Below are positions 44,574-54,280 of a stretch of DNA of 64,000 nucleotides, piece by piece. The notes under the pieces were generated by a model that saw only the letters and a list, made by a program, of their open reading frames with translations, did not search any database and had not been told where the DNA came from. Source of the DNA: a virus (lineage: Duplodnaviria; Caudoviricetes); the IMG/VR virus record IMGVR_UViG_2832142748_000002, positions 10,418 through 74,417 of that record; one strand, written 5' to 3'. The first letter of the stretch is position 1. The number at the start of each line of letters is the position of its first letter. Made by a program: the position numbers and the translations under genes.

Positions 44574-44956
44574 GCGGACACCCGGAGGTTGAAGAGGATG
44601 GGGGTGCCGCCCAGCTGCGTCGGCGGGTCCGTGCGCAGCACGCGCCAGGTGCGGCCCTCCAGTGGGCCCACGGTGTCGCCCGGCGCCGGCACCACAGGCA
44701 GGCCGCCAGCCGCGACGAGCACCTTCCGCCGGTCCGCGCGGGTGGTGCCGCCGTCGGTGAGGCTGTCGCCCTCCTTGTCCTGGCCGCTGTCCGCCTGCAC
44801 CAGCACCTGGACGGGGTACGTCGCCGTGGACGCCACCACCTTCGCGGTGGCCACGTCGTAGGTGCCCGGCCCGGCCCGCGTGAGGGTGGCCTCCTGGCCG
44901 TAGCGCTTCACCAGCGCCAGGGCCTTCGTCGCCAACCTGTCGGCCTGGGCGCTCAT
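44570..44956 (-). CDS. Head-closure/head-tail joining protein
   Basis: ALVKRYGQEATLTR..GTYD, VPAPGD; ATGA overlaps on both sides. Confidence 0.75.
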   Translation of the reverse strand: MSAQADRLATKALALVKRYGQEATLTRAGPGTYDVATAKVVASTATYPVQVLVQADSGQDKEGDSLTDGGTTRADRRKVLVAAGGLPVVPAPGDTVGPLEGRTWRVLRTDPPTQLGGTPILFNLRVSA

Positions 44957-45444
44957 CCGCGCACCGTGGTGTGGACGCGGATGCCGCCCGCGCTGCCCTG
45001 GACGAGGGGCCCCAGCAGCGCCAGTACCTGGGAGGGGATGGGCCGGTGCGTCTCCTTCGACGTCTTCAGCGGGCCCACCGTCACGCCCTCGTCCACCACG
45101 GGCCCGAGGCCGGCCGTCCAGTCCTCGCCCAGCAGCCGGAAGGCGAACTCCGCCACCGCGGCCTTCACGCGCCGGGGGACGGCGCCCTCCGCCACCGGGC
45201 ACCCGTCGAGCACCACGCCCCGGCGTGGCCAGGCCAGTGCCTGCTCCGCGTCGGCGCGCGCGCCCAGCCACTCACAGCGCGAGTCCAGGACGGACGTCGC
45301 CCACTGCAGGTGCCGCTCCTTCGCCGCCACGTCAGCAGCGGCCCAGGCGTCGTTGTGGCCGCGCGCCGCGTGGTAGGCGTCCGCCTCCGCGACGTCGCAG
45401 TAGGAGTCGGTGAGCGGGCCGCCGGGGGTGGTGTCGAGCGCCAT
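44953..45444 (-). CDS. Head-tail adaptor (DnaT-like phage family)
   Basis: DSYCDVAEADAYHAARG...QALAWPR...VPRRVKAAVAE. Confidence 0.8.
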   Translation of the reverse strand: MALDTTPGGPLTDSYCDVAEADAYHAARGHNDAWAAADVAAKERHLQWATSVLDSRCEWLGARADAEQALAWPRRGVVLDGCPVAEGAVPRRVKAAVAEFAFRLLGEDWTAGLGPVVDEGVTVGPLKTSKETHRPIPSQVLALLGPLVQGSAGGIRVHTTVRG

Positions 45445-45465
45445 GGGCAGGTCCTCGTGCGCGGA

Positions 45466-45957
45466 CTACTTCGCCGCCTTGCCGGCCTTGGGCGCCTTCT
45501 CCTGGGCCTCGGTGGCGGGCGCGTCGGTGGCCGGTGCGCCCTTGGCACTGTTCTCGGTGGCGCCAGCGGTCGCACCCGCCTTGGCCTTCGCCTCCGCGCG
45601 CGCCAGCTTCGCCTCCAGGTCCTCGCGCTCGCGCCGGGCCCTCTCCAGCAGGCTCTCGCGCTCGCGGTGGGCCGCCTCCAACTGGGCCTGCAAATCCTCC
45701 ACGTCCCGCGCGCTCACCTCCGAGGACGCCCCGCGGGCGGACGGCGTCTCGCCCTGGGACGCCAGCCAGGCGCGGTGCGCCTCGCGCCCTTCCAGGCTGC
45801 CCTCGGGGTAGGCGCTGTAGTAGCGCGTGAGGAGGCGCTGCGCGTGCTCACTGCCGCGCGAGGGGAGGATGAGCTCTCCCTCCTCGAAGCGGAAGCCGCC
45901 CAGCTCAATGTCCTTGCCCGCGTTCGGGCCCACCAAAACCATACGAATGCCGTCCAT
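45466..45957 (-). CDS. Hypothetical protein downstream of the capsid gene
   Basis: Operon position; Ala/Lys-rich tail. Confidence 0.7.
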   Translation of the reverse strand: MDGIRMVLVGPNAGKDIELGGFRFEEGELILPSRGSEHAQRLLTRYYSAYPEGSLEGREAHRAWLASQGETPSARGASSEVSARDVEDLQAQLEAAHRERESLLERARREREDLEAKLARAEAKAKAGATAGATENSAKGAPATDAPATEAQEKAPKAGKAAK

Positions 45958-46031
45958 GCGAAAGGCTCCTGTGCTGCCGAAGGTGTGAGGGAAGGAGGAG
46001 GGGCTGCCGACGCGGCCGACTCCTGGTGACG

Positions 46032-46964
46032 TCAGGCGAGGGGCGCGACGCGCACGCCCTTCACCACCGCGAGGGCGTAGTCGTTGTAGTTGGCCATGCC
46101 GCAGTACCAGACGATGCGGTCGATGCTCTCGTCCTTGGCCTGCGCCTCGCCCACCGTCTTGATGTGGATGCCCGCGCTGTCGCCCGGCGCCGTCAGCCCG
46201 GCGATGCCCACCTTCCGGCTGCCGTCGTCGAAGCAGCCCGCGGCGATGGTGGTGCAGTCGGTGGCCGTCCCCTGCGTCTGGTTGGTGGGGATGGAGTCAT
46301 TCACGAAGATGGGAATGCCCCGGTACACCGGCACCGTCTTCCCACTGGGCAGGGTGAGGACGTCGTTGATGCTCGCGCCCCCCAGCTTGCGCAGGTAGGC
46401 GTAGTGCCGGTTGAGGAGCACCTCCGCCATGGTGATGAAGTCCACCTCGCCGTCCTTCGCCTTCACCTTCGAGATGAGGTCGTCGAGGATGCCCACGTCG
46501 TAGAGGGCGCCGTTGGTGCCGGCCACCAGCGTCTGGCCCGCCGCTACCTGGGTGAGGAGGCCGGGGAACTCGTCGTTGAGCCCCGTGCCGTTGATGAACA
46601 TGTTGCGGAAGCGGCGCCCCGCGGCCTTCGCCTTGCTGGCCACCTGGTACGTCCGCTGGTCGTTGACGTTGCTGCGCGTGGCCTGGATGAGTCCGTCCAC
46701 CTCCGCGTCGCCGATGATGCGCGTCAGCGTCGCGGTGGACTGCTCCACCGTGGCCGGATTCTTCGCGGTGATGGTGCCGCCGACGCCGAGCACCTGCACG
46801 TCACCCAGCACCGACTCCTTGTTCCACGTGTGCGAGTTGCCCTCCAACTCGTCGAAGGGCAGCCGCTCGTAGAGGCGGTCGGTGGTGATGATGGTTTCGA
46901 CGACACCGGCAACCAGGTCGTCTTTGCACAGCTTGGCGGACTCAGCGAGGGTGATGGAAGGCAT
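46032..46964 (-). CDS. Major capsid protein
   Basis: MPSITLAESAKL..DDLVAGVVETI...LPFDELEGNS; FINGTGLNDEFPGL; position after the scaffold. Confidence 0.9.
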   Translation of the reverse strand: MPSITLAESAKLCKDDLVAGVVETIITTDRLYERLPFDELEGNSHTWNKESVLGDVQVLGVGGTITAKNPATVEQSTATLTRIIGDAEVDGLIQATRSNVNDQRTYQVASKAKAAGRRFRNMFINGTGLNDEFPGLLTQVAAGQTLVAGTNGALYDVGILDDLISKVKAKDGEVDFITMAEVLLNRHYAYLRKLGGASINDVLTLPSGKTVPVYRGIPIFVNDSIPTNQTQGTATDCTTIAAGCFDDGSRKVGIAGLTAPGDSAGIHIKTVGEAQAKDESIDRIVWYCGMANYNDYALAVVKGVRVAPLA

Positions 46965-47137
46965 GCGGGTGGACTCCTCCTCGGGGAGAGGGAGGTGAAA
47001 CAGGGCGGGAAGACGCGCCAAGGGCGAAGGGGTGTCAGGGCCCCGGGGCGTATGAAAGGGATTGGACGAGAGGGGCACTGCCGGGCATCCCGCCCGGTTC
47101 GCCTCGGTGACGCATCCCGCGTCCTCGGGGCCTACTC

Positions 47138-47887
47138 CTATTTGCGATTGGCCAAGCCCGCCGAGATGCGCTGCGTCGGGTTCAGCTTGTCGCTACCGCT
47201 GGGCATCGCGCCCGTCCTCGGCCCCGGTTGCGTCCCGCTTCCGGAGGCACTCGTGCTGTCGAAGGCACGAGCGAAGTTGGCGTCCTTCTTGAGCTCCGTG
47301 ACGAACTCTCGAATCGTCAGGAAGCCGCCCTTGCCGTTGCCGCGAGGATCGCCCTCCGCGTCAACAACCCGAGCCAAGAATGAACCACCTTCCTCAATCA
47401 CTTTCACATGCTTCTGGACGTGGGGCAAGAGCAACACCGCACTTCCTTTCAGCTCCGCGAGGGCTGCCGTGGCCTCCGCGTCCACGAGGTGCTTGTGGAG
47501 CGAGGCGCGCATGCGCTCCACGACGGTGTCGCGCTCGCCGAGCGCCTTCGCGTGGCCGGCCTCGAGGTCCGCCTTCAGCTTCTCGAAGTTGGCAGCGCCG
47601 TCCTTCCCTTCCTGGGCCTTCGCCAGCGCCGCCTTCAGCTCGCCGAGGGACTTCTCCACGTCCTCCGGCGTCTTGCCGAGCTTCAGCCACGCCGCCTGGG
47701 CCGTCGTCAGCGCCTTGCTGCTCTTGCGCTCCTTGTCCAGGGCGGTGGTGAGCCCACTGTGGTCCATGCGCTTGAAGACGTCCGCGTCGAGGGCGAACTT
47801 GCCGCCCTCCCCCTTCGCGTACAGCCCGCGGAACTTCTCCGGGACGATGTCCAGCGCGTCCAGCTCCTGCTGCCACTCGAATTCCAC
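47138..47887 (-). CDS. Capsid scaffolding protein
   Basis: Coiled coil, LLLPHV, FDSTSASGSG, LNPTQRISAGL end; directly before the capsid gene. Confidence 0.82.
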   Translation of the reverse strand: MEFEWQQELDALDIVPEKFRGLYAKGEGGKFALDADVFKRMDHSGLTTALDKERKSSKALTTAQAAWLKLGKTPEDVEKSLGELKAALAKAQEGKDGAANFEKLKADLEAGHAKALGERDTVVERMRASLHKHLVDAEATAALAELKGSAVLLLPHVQKHVKVIEEGGSFLARVVDAEGDPRGNGKGGFLTIREFVTELKKDANFARAFDSTSASGSGTQPGPRTGAMPSGSDKLNPTQRISAGLANRK

Positions 47888-47917
47888 GTGTCTGCCTTTC
47901 TCGGCCCAACGGGCCGG

Positions 47918-49117
47918 CTACAGCTGTGCCTTCTTGAAAGCGGCGGCCTCGGTGGCGCGCAGCGCGTCCAGGGTGAGCGTCTTGCCGCTGGCGTCGGTGA
48001 AGCTGCCGAGGCGGAGGCCTCCGTCCCGGAAGAGGCGCCCGCGCGCGGGCCCCAACACCTCGTCCTGGAAGCTGGTGGGCTGACGGCGCAGCCAGTCCTC
48101 GTAGGACAGGCCCTTCGGCGCGGAGCCGATGTTCTCCTTGGCCCAGCGCTCGCGGACGCGCTTCACCGCAGCGCCGCGCTCCTTCTCCGTCATGTCCTTC
48201 CATGCCTCGCCGGCCTTCGCCTTTGCCTCGGCCCGGAAGTCGATTTCCCGGTTCCGCCTGTCGCGCGTGTCCCGGACGGTGGGCCTGTCGCCCACGAGGC
48301 GCACGCCGTCGATGACGGGGATGGTGGTGCTGCGGCAGCGCCAGTGCGCCGGCGGTCGCGGGCCCCCGCGCACCGGGAAGGTGTGGCCGTCACGGGAGGC
48401 GCACAGCAGCGTGGTGCGGCCGTCCAGCGTGGACACCCAGCGCACCTCTCGCACCAGGTCCTCGTTGGCCCGGTACACCTCCTCGCGGGCCTGGGTGGCC
48501 ACGTGGTTGAGGGCGGTGCGCGCCACGGCTTCCGCGCCGCGGCGGCTGCCCTCCAGTGCCCCATCCCCGCTGACGAGGTCCCGGACAATCTGCTGCGTCG
48601 TCCGGCCCTCCACCACCCCGGCCTGAATGGTGCGCTCGATGCGCGCCAGGTCCGCCGGCTCCATGCCGCCCACCCACGTCTCGAAGAGGGCGCCGTTGAA
48701 GGGCCTGGAGAAGACGGCCGCCTCCAGCACCTCCGCCGTGGGCGCGGCGATGGAGACGTCCACGATGAGCGTCTCCTCCAGCAGGGCCGCCTGCCACCGC
48801 GCCTCGTACGCCGCGAAGGAGGCCGCCTCCTCCTGCAGCGTGCTGGAGATGGCCGCGTAGGCTCCGGCCCGGAGGGTGCGCACCTCGGACAGCAGGCCCG
48901 CGATGCGCTCCGTCGTCTCGCGGCCGGTGTCGTACCCGCCCGTGTCCTCGACGGCCTGGAGGCGCGAGGCGAGCTGCTCCGTCAGGCGCTCCTCCGTGTC
49001 ATTGAGGAGGCCCACGACGCGCCGGGCGACGCCCGCCTTGTAGCGCTCCAGCTGGACGGCGTGCGCGACGGAGCGCTCCAGCAGCTCCTCGTTGGCGGTG
49101 GGGAGGCCGGTGCTCAC
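47918..49117 (-). CDS. Head morphogenesis protein (SPP1 gp7 / Mu gpF family)
   Basis: AEAVARTALNH, WVSTLDGRTTLLCASRDG, PPAHWRCRST. Confidence 0.92.
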   Translation of the reverse strand: MSTGLPTANEELLERSVAHAVQLERYKAGVARRVVGLLNDTEERLTEQLASRLQAVEDTGGYDTGRETTERIAGLLSEVRTLRAGAYAAISSTLQEEAASFAAYEARWQAALLEETLIVDVSIAAPTAEVLEAAVFSRPFNGALFETWVGGMEPADLARIERTIQAGVVEGRTTQQIVRDLVSGDGALEGSRRGAEAVARTALNHVATQAREEVYRANEDLVREVRWVSTLDGRTTLLCASRDGHTFPVRGGPRPPAHWRCRSTTIPVIDGVRLVGDRPTVRDTRDRRNREIDFRAEAKAKAGEAWKDMTEKERGAAVKRVRERWAKENIGSAPKGLSYEDWLRRQPTSFQDEVLGPARGRLFRDGGLRLGSFTDASGKTLTLDALRATEAAAFKKAQL

Positions 49118-49332
49118 CGCGTCCCCCGCTTCACCTGGACGGGTGCGTTGGAGCGCTGCTCGCGGAGATGCCGCGCCTGATGCAGCTCACGCAGACGGCG
49201 GCGTACCTTCCGCGCACCGCGGCGGTTGGAGCGGAACCAGTGGGCGGCCCGCGCGAAGTCTTCCGTGAGGCACGGCAGTTGCTCCCCAAGGAGTCCCGCC
49301 GCGCACAGCGTCTCGTCATGGAGCAGCTTCAC
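49114..49332 (-). CDS. Hypothetical protein (72 aa)
   Basis: Overlaps both the portal stop and the next start. Confidence 0.45.
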   Translation of the reverse strand: MKLLHDETLCAAGLLGEQLPCLTEDFARAAHWFRSNRRGARKVRRRLRELHQARHLREQRSNAPVQVKRGTR

Positions 49333-50810
49333 AGGGCACCTCCGGCGAGCTGCCCAGGCCCCTGCGCGGACGGCACCTGGCCGCCAGCCGCCGGCGCCGT
49401 GCGGAGGCTGCCCAGGGCGGGCCCCTCGCTCGCGAGGCGCTCCCCATCCGCCTCCACGTCGAAGTCGGCCATGAGGACGCCGCGGCGCTTGAGCTCCGCC
49501 AGGAAGGCCTCGCGGGAAATCTCCCGGGCCGCGCGCGCCTTGAAGAGGACGTCCAGGCCCTGCGCGTCAGACTCGGAGATGCCGAAGTCGGTGTGCACCT
49601 CCACCTTCAGCTTCGCGTCTTCCACGTCCAGGGCCAGCCACCGGGCCGCGAAGTAAAAAGCCAGCTCCAGCGCGTCGCTGAAGGACTCCGCCATGGCCTG
49701 CAGCTCGGAGTGCGACTGCGCGGTGTTGATCGACTTCTCGGTGGCCGTGGGGGTGCCGGAGCGCCGGACGAGGAGTTCCACGCCCAGCATGGCCATCTCG
49801 TCCTTCAAGTCCTCCAGGTCCTGCCGGCCGGCCTCGATGGCCTTCCCCGAGTGCTCGACGTAGTAGAACTTCCCCTGCGGACTGCTGGTGGTGAGGAGCG
49901 CGTGGGGCCCCACCGTCACCTTCCCCGAGCCTCGTGACTCCCCTTCCCCGCGGTCCTGCTCCAGCCCAGAGGCCGCCAGGATGGGGAAGCGCGCCACGTT
50001 GAGGATGTTCCGCTGGTCGCTGGCGGACTGCCAGTGCTCCACGTTCTTGTCCGCCAGGTCCATCAGCGGCGGCTTCGCGGCGCACAGGGCCGTGCGCTCC
50101 CCGGCGTACCAGGTGACGAGGGGGATGAAGCCCAGCGTGTTGGGGCCGCTCGCAGCCTCCTTCCACTCGCTGGTGCCGCTGCGCTCGTAGACGGTCCAGG
50201 TGTCGCGCTCGAGGACGCGCACCCGCTCCACCTTCACCTCGTCGAAGCCGTCCCGGCGCGTCTCGCTCTCGCGGATGCGCACGTGGGTGAGCACCTCCAC
50301 CCCGCCCACCGTCTCCGCGTACGCGGCGATGAGGGACTCGGCGGAGACGTGCACGAAGTAAGGGCGGAGGCCGGCGCGCTGCTCGTCCTCCAGCGTCTTC
50401 ACCGTCTCCGAGTCCACCACCGGGAAGTCCACGAGGATGTGGGCGAGGCCCTTGGCCAGGCCGTCCCGGAAGACGCCGCGGGCCCAGGCGGTGACGTCGC
50501 TGCCCTGCCTGTCCACGTCATCCACCAGGACGCGCAGCGGCTCCGGCGCGGAGTCGCCCAGGCGCACCGGCTTGGCGAAGGGCTTCGCGGCGAGGTTGCG
50601 CACCGTCTTGCCGAAGACGTTGAGGAGGACGGCGCGCGCGAGGCGCTCCTTGTACGCCGCGTCCTCCTCCGCGTGGTACTGCGGCAGGTAGGTGCGGCCG
50701 GCGGCGCGCATGGTGCCGGTGCCGCCCAGGAGGGCCAGGACGAGGGCCCATGCGGGCTGCATGGCCCGGTAGGCGCCGCTGGGGGTGCTGACGTCGGAGG
50801 CGCCGCTCAT
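49329..50810 (-). CDS. Portal protein (DUF4055-type)
   Basis: YLPQY..E...Y.ERL.RA, GLAHILVDFP, FIPLV, PPLMDLA..N.EHWQS.SD. Confidence 0.93.
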   Translation of the reverse strand: MSGASDVSTPSGAYRAMQPAWALVLALLGGTGTMRAAGRTYLPQYHAEEDAAYKERLARAVLLNVFGKTVRNLAAKPFAKPVRLGDSAPEPLRVLVDDVDRQGSDVTAWARGVFRDGLAKGLAHILVDFPVVDSETVKTLEDEQRAGLRPYFVHVSAESLIAAYAETVGGVEVLTHVRIRESETRRDGFDEVKVERVRVLERDTWTVYERSGTSEWKEAASGPNTLGFIPLVTWYAGERTALCAAKPPLMDLADKNVEHWQSASDQRNILNVARFPILAASGLEQDRGEGESRGSGKVTVGPHALLTTSSPQGKFYYVEHSGKAIEAGRQDLEDLKDEMAMLGVELLVRRSGTPTATEKSINTAQSHSELQAMAESFSDALELAFYFAARWLALDVEDAKLKVEVHTDFGISESDAQGLDVLFKARAAREISREAFLAELKRRGVLMADFDVEADGERLASEGPALGSLRTAPAAGGQVPSAQGPGQLAGGAL

Positions 50811-51343
50811 CCGGGCACCACGAGGAAGGGGCCTCGCACGCCGTTGTTGAAGCGCTCCGCCGCGCGAAGGGCCGTACGCACGCGCTCCACCGGCTTCGCG
50901 CCCTTGGTGGCGAAAAGGGCTCCGCGCGCGACGTCCGCACCGCAGCCGACAGCCGCGAAGGAGTCCCGCGACTCGCCCACCTGGTAGTCGTCTTCGACCG
51001 TGAAGAGGCGGCCGCAGACGCCCACCAGGAAGTGGCCACCGCGCTCCTGTCCGTTCTCCTGGTGCGCGAAACCCGCGTCCTTCAGCGTCGCGCGCAAGGC
51101 ATCAACGAAGTCCACCACCATGAAGCGCTCCAGGGCGCTTGTCCGGCGAGGTGGCGGCGGCGGCCGGAAGGCGTGGCGCAGCACCTGTCCCATCCGGAAG
51201 GAGGTGGTGAAACCGAGGACGTAGGGCCCGTTGCGGAACACCTTCGCGTCCTTCCGCACCACCAACTGCCAGCTGTTGGAGCCAGCGCTGTCCCCGCCGA
51301 CGTACACGCGTCCCTGGTGAACCACTCCGGCAATGCACGTCAC
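50807..51343 (-). CDS. Proteasome-beta/HslV-like Ntn peptidase
   Basis: After Met removal: Thr1, Asp17 and Lys33 at exactly the proteasome-beta positions (TCIAG..GGDS..KDAKVF); AVGCG in place of the GSG loop. Confidence 0.88.
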   Translation of the reverse strand: MTCIAGVVHQGRVYVGGDSAGSNSWQLVVRKDAKVFRNGPYVLGFTTSFRMGQVLRHAFRPPPPPRRTSALERFMVVDFVDALRATLKDAGFAHQENGQERGGHFLVGVCGRLFTVEDDYQVGESRDSFAAVGCGADVARGALFATKGAKPVERVRTALRAAERFNNGVRGPFLVVPG

Positions 51344-51834
51344 AGCACCACCTCCATGCGGCGGATCGCCGCCTCGCCGCACACCGCGGTGAAGACGCTC
51401 GCCACCACGTGGCCCTGCATCGCGGACGGGCCGGACAGCAGCAGGTGCAGCACCTCCGGCCGCTCGGCGTTGAGGGTCTCGCGAACGGAGGCCTCGTCGG
51501 TGCGCGACAACCTGGCGGGCCCACCCGGGTGGGTGTGCCAGTCGCCCAGGTAGCGCAGGCACGGAGACACCCGGCCCAGGAGGCGGTTGTCGCGGACGCG
51601 GTCCGCCGCGAAGCCCACGCGGCCGCGCACGGCACGCCGGCCTGGGCCGGTGATGGCGAGCACGTGGGCCTCGCCGTCCACCACGGCGCCCAGCAGCAGG
51701 CCGCCCGTCTCCAGCGGGGCGCGTACCCGCGCCAGGCGCAGGGCCTTCGCCAAGACGCCGGGCGCCAGGCGCACGCGGTAGCCGTCGGAGACGTAAAGGG
51801 CCGGCGCCGACGCCGACGGCAGCGGGCAGGCCAT
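51340..51834 (-). CDS. Free-standing JAB/JAMM metallo-isopeptidase
   Basis: ETGGLLLG and WHTHPGGPARLSRTD, an exact E...HxH-x7-S-x2-D motif; ATG overlaps the terL TGA. Confidence 0.9.
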   Translation of the reverse strand: MACPLPSASAPALYVSDGYRVRLAPGVLAKALRLARVRAPLETGGLLLGAVVDGEAHVLAITGPGRRAVRGRVGFAADRVRDNRLLGRVSPCLRYLGDWHTHPGGPARLSRTDEASVRETLNAERPEVLHLLLSGPSAMQGHVVASVFTAVCGEAAIRRMEVVL

Positions 51835-53390
51835 CACCGGTAGCTCCTCACCTGGAAGGTGGCGGTCCCCTCGCCGAGCATCAGCTCCGTGAGGGCCCAC
51901 ACCTCCGCGTCCATGCGGTTGGGGCTCCAGGTGGACTCCCCGGGCACCCACGTCGTCTGCTCGTCCTCCAGCGCGGGCAGGCGCCCCACGTGGTGGGCCA
52001 TGCCGCGCTCGAAGAGGGCCGCCACCGGCTCCGCGCGCTTCGCCTTGCCACGCGAGGCCGTCACCACCTTTACGGTGACGTGCTTCTTCATCTCGCGGGC
52101 CTTGGCGCGGAGGTTCGTCTCCACCATGTCGCCGCCGAAGTTCTTCTCGCCCACAACAGCGTCCGCGCTCTCTTTCTCGTAGACGGCCAGGGACTTCGCG
52201 GCCCATCCCTCCGCGGAGTACTTCGCGGAGTCGTCGCGCCAAACGTAGGCGTGGCCGTTGCTGGCCTTGCCCGCGCAGACGATGCCCACCTCGTCGTTGG
52301 CGGGCCCGTCGCCGCCGGCAGGGTCGACCGCCACCACCACGCGCACCATGGGCAGGGGGTTGCCCTCGGCGTCCTTCGGCAGCGAGGAGACGCGGGTGTT
52401 GTCCAGCACCTCCTGCGTCCACAGCGCGCCCACCGCTGCGGCCTTGAAGGCCTCCTCCACCGTCGCCGGGTACTCGCGGCGGAAGTCGTGGATGCCCTTC
52501 TCGTAGACGGAAATCTTCGCCCGGCGCCAGGCGAGCTGCGCGTCGTCCAGCTCGAAGCCGTGCGCCTCGCGGCAGAGGGCGGCGTACCGCTCCTCCTCGC
52601 TGGTGCGCTCGAAGCCGGGCGGCACCTCGCGCCGGTACTCCTCCTGCCAGAACCAGGGGACGAAGATGAGCTCGAAGTCGTTCTCCCCCTTCTGCGCCGC
52701 CATGCACAGGTGGTGGAAGAGGCCCTGGGGCCCGTCGCTGGTGCTCTCCAGGATGACTTCGGTGCCCGGCGCCGTCGGCACGCCCTCCATGACGCCGCGC
52801 ATGTGCGTCGCGGCGTTGGGCCAGAAGGCCACCTCGCTGCCGTGGAAGTACTGGATGGTGGAGGAGCGGCCCGTCCCTTTCGCGCCCGCAGTGCCCACCT
52901 TGTAGCCGGAGGACAGCTTGTCGAAGAGGAGCTCCTTCGCGTTGGAGGCGCTCGTCGAAGGCTTCACCAGGGCCGGAACGTGGTCGTGGTACCTCTTCGC
53001 CATGTCGAAGAGGTTCACCGTCGCCGCGTCCTCGTGCGTGAGGATGTAGGCGCGCACGCCCTTCAGGTGGCTCACCTTCCAGTAGAAGCGGGCCTCGACG
53101 TACGTGCTGCAGCCCTGCTGGCGCCCCTTCAGGACGATGGCGCGCACGAAGCCCCGGCGCTTCAGCTGGGCCTCCAGCCGCTCGTGGATGTACAGCTGCG
53201 CGCGGTTCAGCTTCAGCGCCGGCAGCTCCCCGCCCGTCACCTCCTTCGGGCGGATGCGCAGGCACCGCGAGGCGTAGTGCGGGAAGTCGTCCTTCAGCCG
53301 CTGGCGGATGGCCTTCTCTCGCGCAGAGAGGGGCGCTGGGGCCGCGCCCTGGCGGGACTCGGCCGCGCGGCGGCGGGCGGGGGCGCTCAT
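51834..53390 (-). CDS. terL: Terminase large subunit
   Basis: IVLKGRQQGCST (Walker A), FHGSEVAFW, ESTSDG, VVAVDPAG, SPNRMDA.VWAL. Confidence 0.95.
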   Translation of the reverse strand: MSAPARRRAAESRQGAAPAPLSAREKAIRQRLKDDFPHYASRCLRIRPKEVTGGELPALKLNRAQLYIHERLEAQLKRRGFVRAIVLKGRQQGCSTYVEARFYWKVSHLKGVRAYILTHEDAATVNLFDMAKRYHDHVPALVKPSTSASNAKELLFDKLSSGYKVGTAGAKGTGRSSTIQYFHGSEVAFWPNAATHMRGVMEGVPTAPGTEVILESTSDGPQGLFHHLCMAAQKGENDFELIFVPWFWQEEYRREVPPGFERTSEEERYAALCREAHGFELDDAQLAWRRAKISVYEKGIHDFRREYPATVEEAFKAAAVGALWTQEVLDNTRVSSLPKDAEGNPLPMVRVVVAVDPAGGDGPANDEVGIVCAGKASNGHAYVWRDDSAKYSAEGWAAKSLAVYEKESADAVVGEKNFGGDMVETNLRAKAREMKKHVTVKVVTASRGKAKRAEPVAALFERGMAHHVGRLPALEDEQTTWVPGESTWSPNRMDAEVWALTELMLGEGTATFQVRSYR

Positions 53391-53986
53391 TCCAGCGCCC
53401 CCAGCGCGTCCTCGTGGCTGAACTGGACGGTGGTCTCCACCTTGTCGACGAAGAGGCGCAGGTGCTTGCCCAGCAGCTCCAAGGACTTCGTCTTGTCCCA
53501 GAGCTTCACCTTGGCCACGGTGCCGATGGCCTCGCCGTCCACGGTGAGCTGCTCCACCTCGATGGAGGAGATGGCTCGGCGCAGGTGGGCCGGCATCTCC
53601 TTCAGCGGCAGCAGCGCCCCGGTGGGACTGAAGGCGTCGCCGATGTCCGTCCGGGCGATGAGGAGCAGCTCGCGCAGGACGTCGTCCGCCTTCACCTCAA
53701 CGCGCTCGGCCCGGGCGGCCTTGGCGGCAGCCACGGCTTCCTGGACCTTGGGATTTCTTAGCAACTTCGAGGCCGTCACCTCGGCGGACCGCTCGGAGTA
53801 GCCGGCGCGCATGGCGGCCTGCTTCCCGTTGAGGTCGACCAGGTACTCCTGGACGAAGCGCTCCTGGTTCGGCGTCAGCGCATGGGCGCGCGACTCACCC
53901 GCCGGCGTCTTCCGGCCAGAGCGCGTGCTGGGCTTGCGAGGAGGCGTGCTTCCCACACCGCCGAGTCTCGGGTGTCGCGTGGACAA
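53387..53986 (-). CDS. terS: Terminase small subunit
   Basis: LTPNQERFVQEYLVDLNGKQAAMRAGYS...LL.NP.V; KVKLWDKTKSLELLGKHL. Exact start uncertain. Confidence 0.92.
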   Translation of the reverse strand: MSTRHPRLGGVGSTPPRKPSTRSGRKTPAGESRAHALTPNQERFVQEYLVDLNGKQAAMRAGYSERSAEVTASKLLRNPKVQEAVAAAKAARAERVEVKADDVLRELLLIARTDIGDAFSPTGALLPLKEMPAHLRRAISSIEVEQLTVDGEAIGTVAKVKLWDKTKSLELLGKHLRLFVDKVETTVQFSHEDALGALE

Positions 53987-54062
53987 CGTCCGGCCCGGGC
54001 GCGGGAGGCCGCCCCTTCTTCATGGGTACAGGGGACTTTCCCCGGCTCACCACGGAGGAGTC

Positions 54063-54275
54063 GTGCGCCTGCTCTACTGCCCTGCCTGCCGCACCCACCG
54101 ACCCGCGGACATGCGCCACTGGTGCTCTGGCCTGGAGGAGCTGCGCCAGCGCGCCGAGCGGCTCAGGACCTGCCCGCACACCTACGCGTCCCGTGTGCCG
54201 GGGACGCAGGACTGGTACTGCTCGGACTGCGACTACCTCGGCCCGCGCCCGAAGGGGACCCGAGAGCGCAGCTGA
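54063..54275 (+). CDS. Small zinc-finger protein
   Basis: GGAGGAG RBS; CPAC, CPH, CSDC motifs. Confidence 0.6.
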   Translation: MRLLYCPACRTHRPADMRHWCSGLEELRQRAERLRTCPHTYASRVPGTQDWYCSDCDYLGPRPKGTRERS

Positions 54276-54280
54276 CACCT

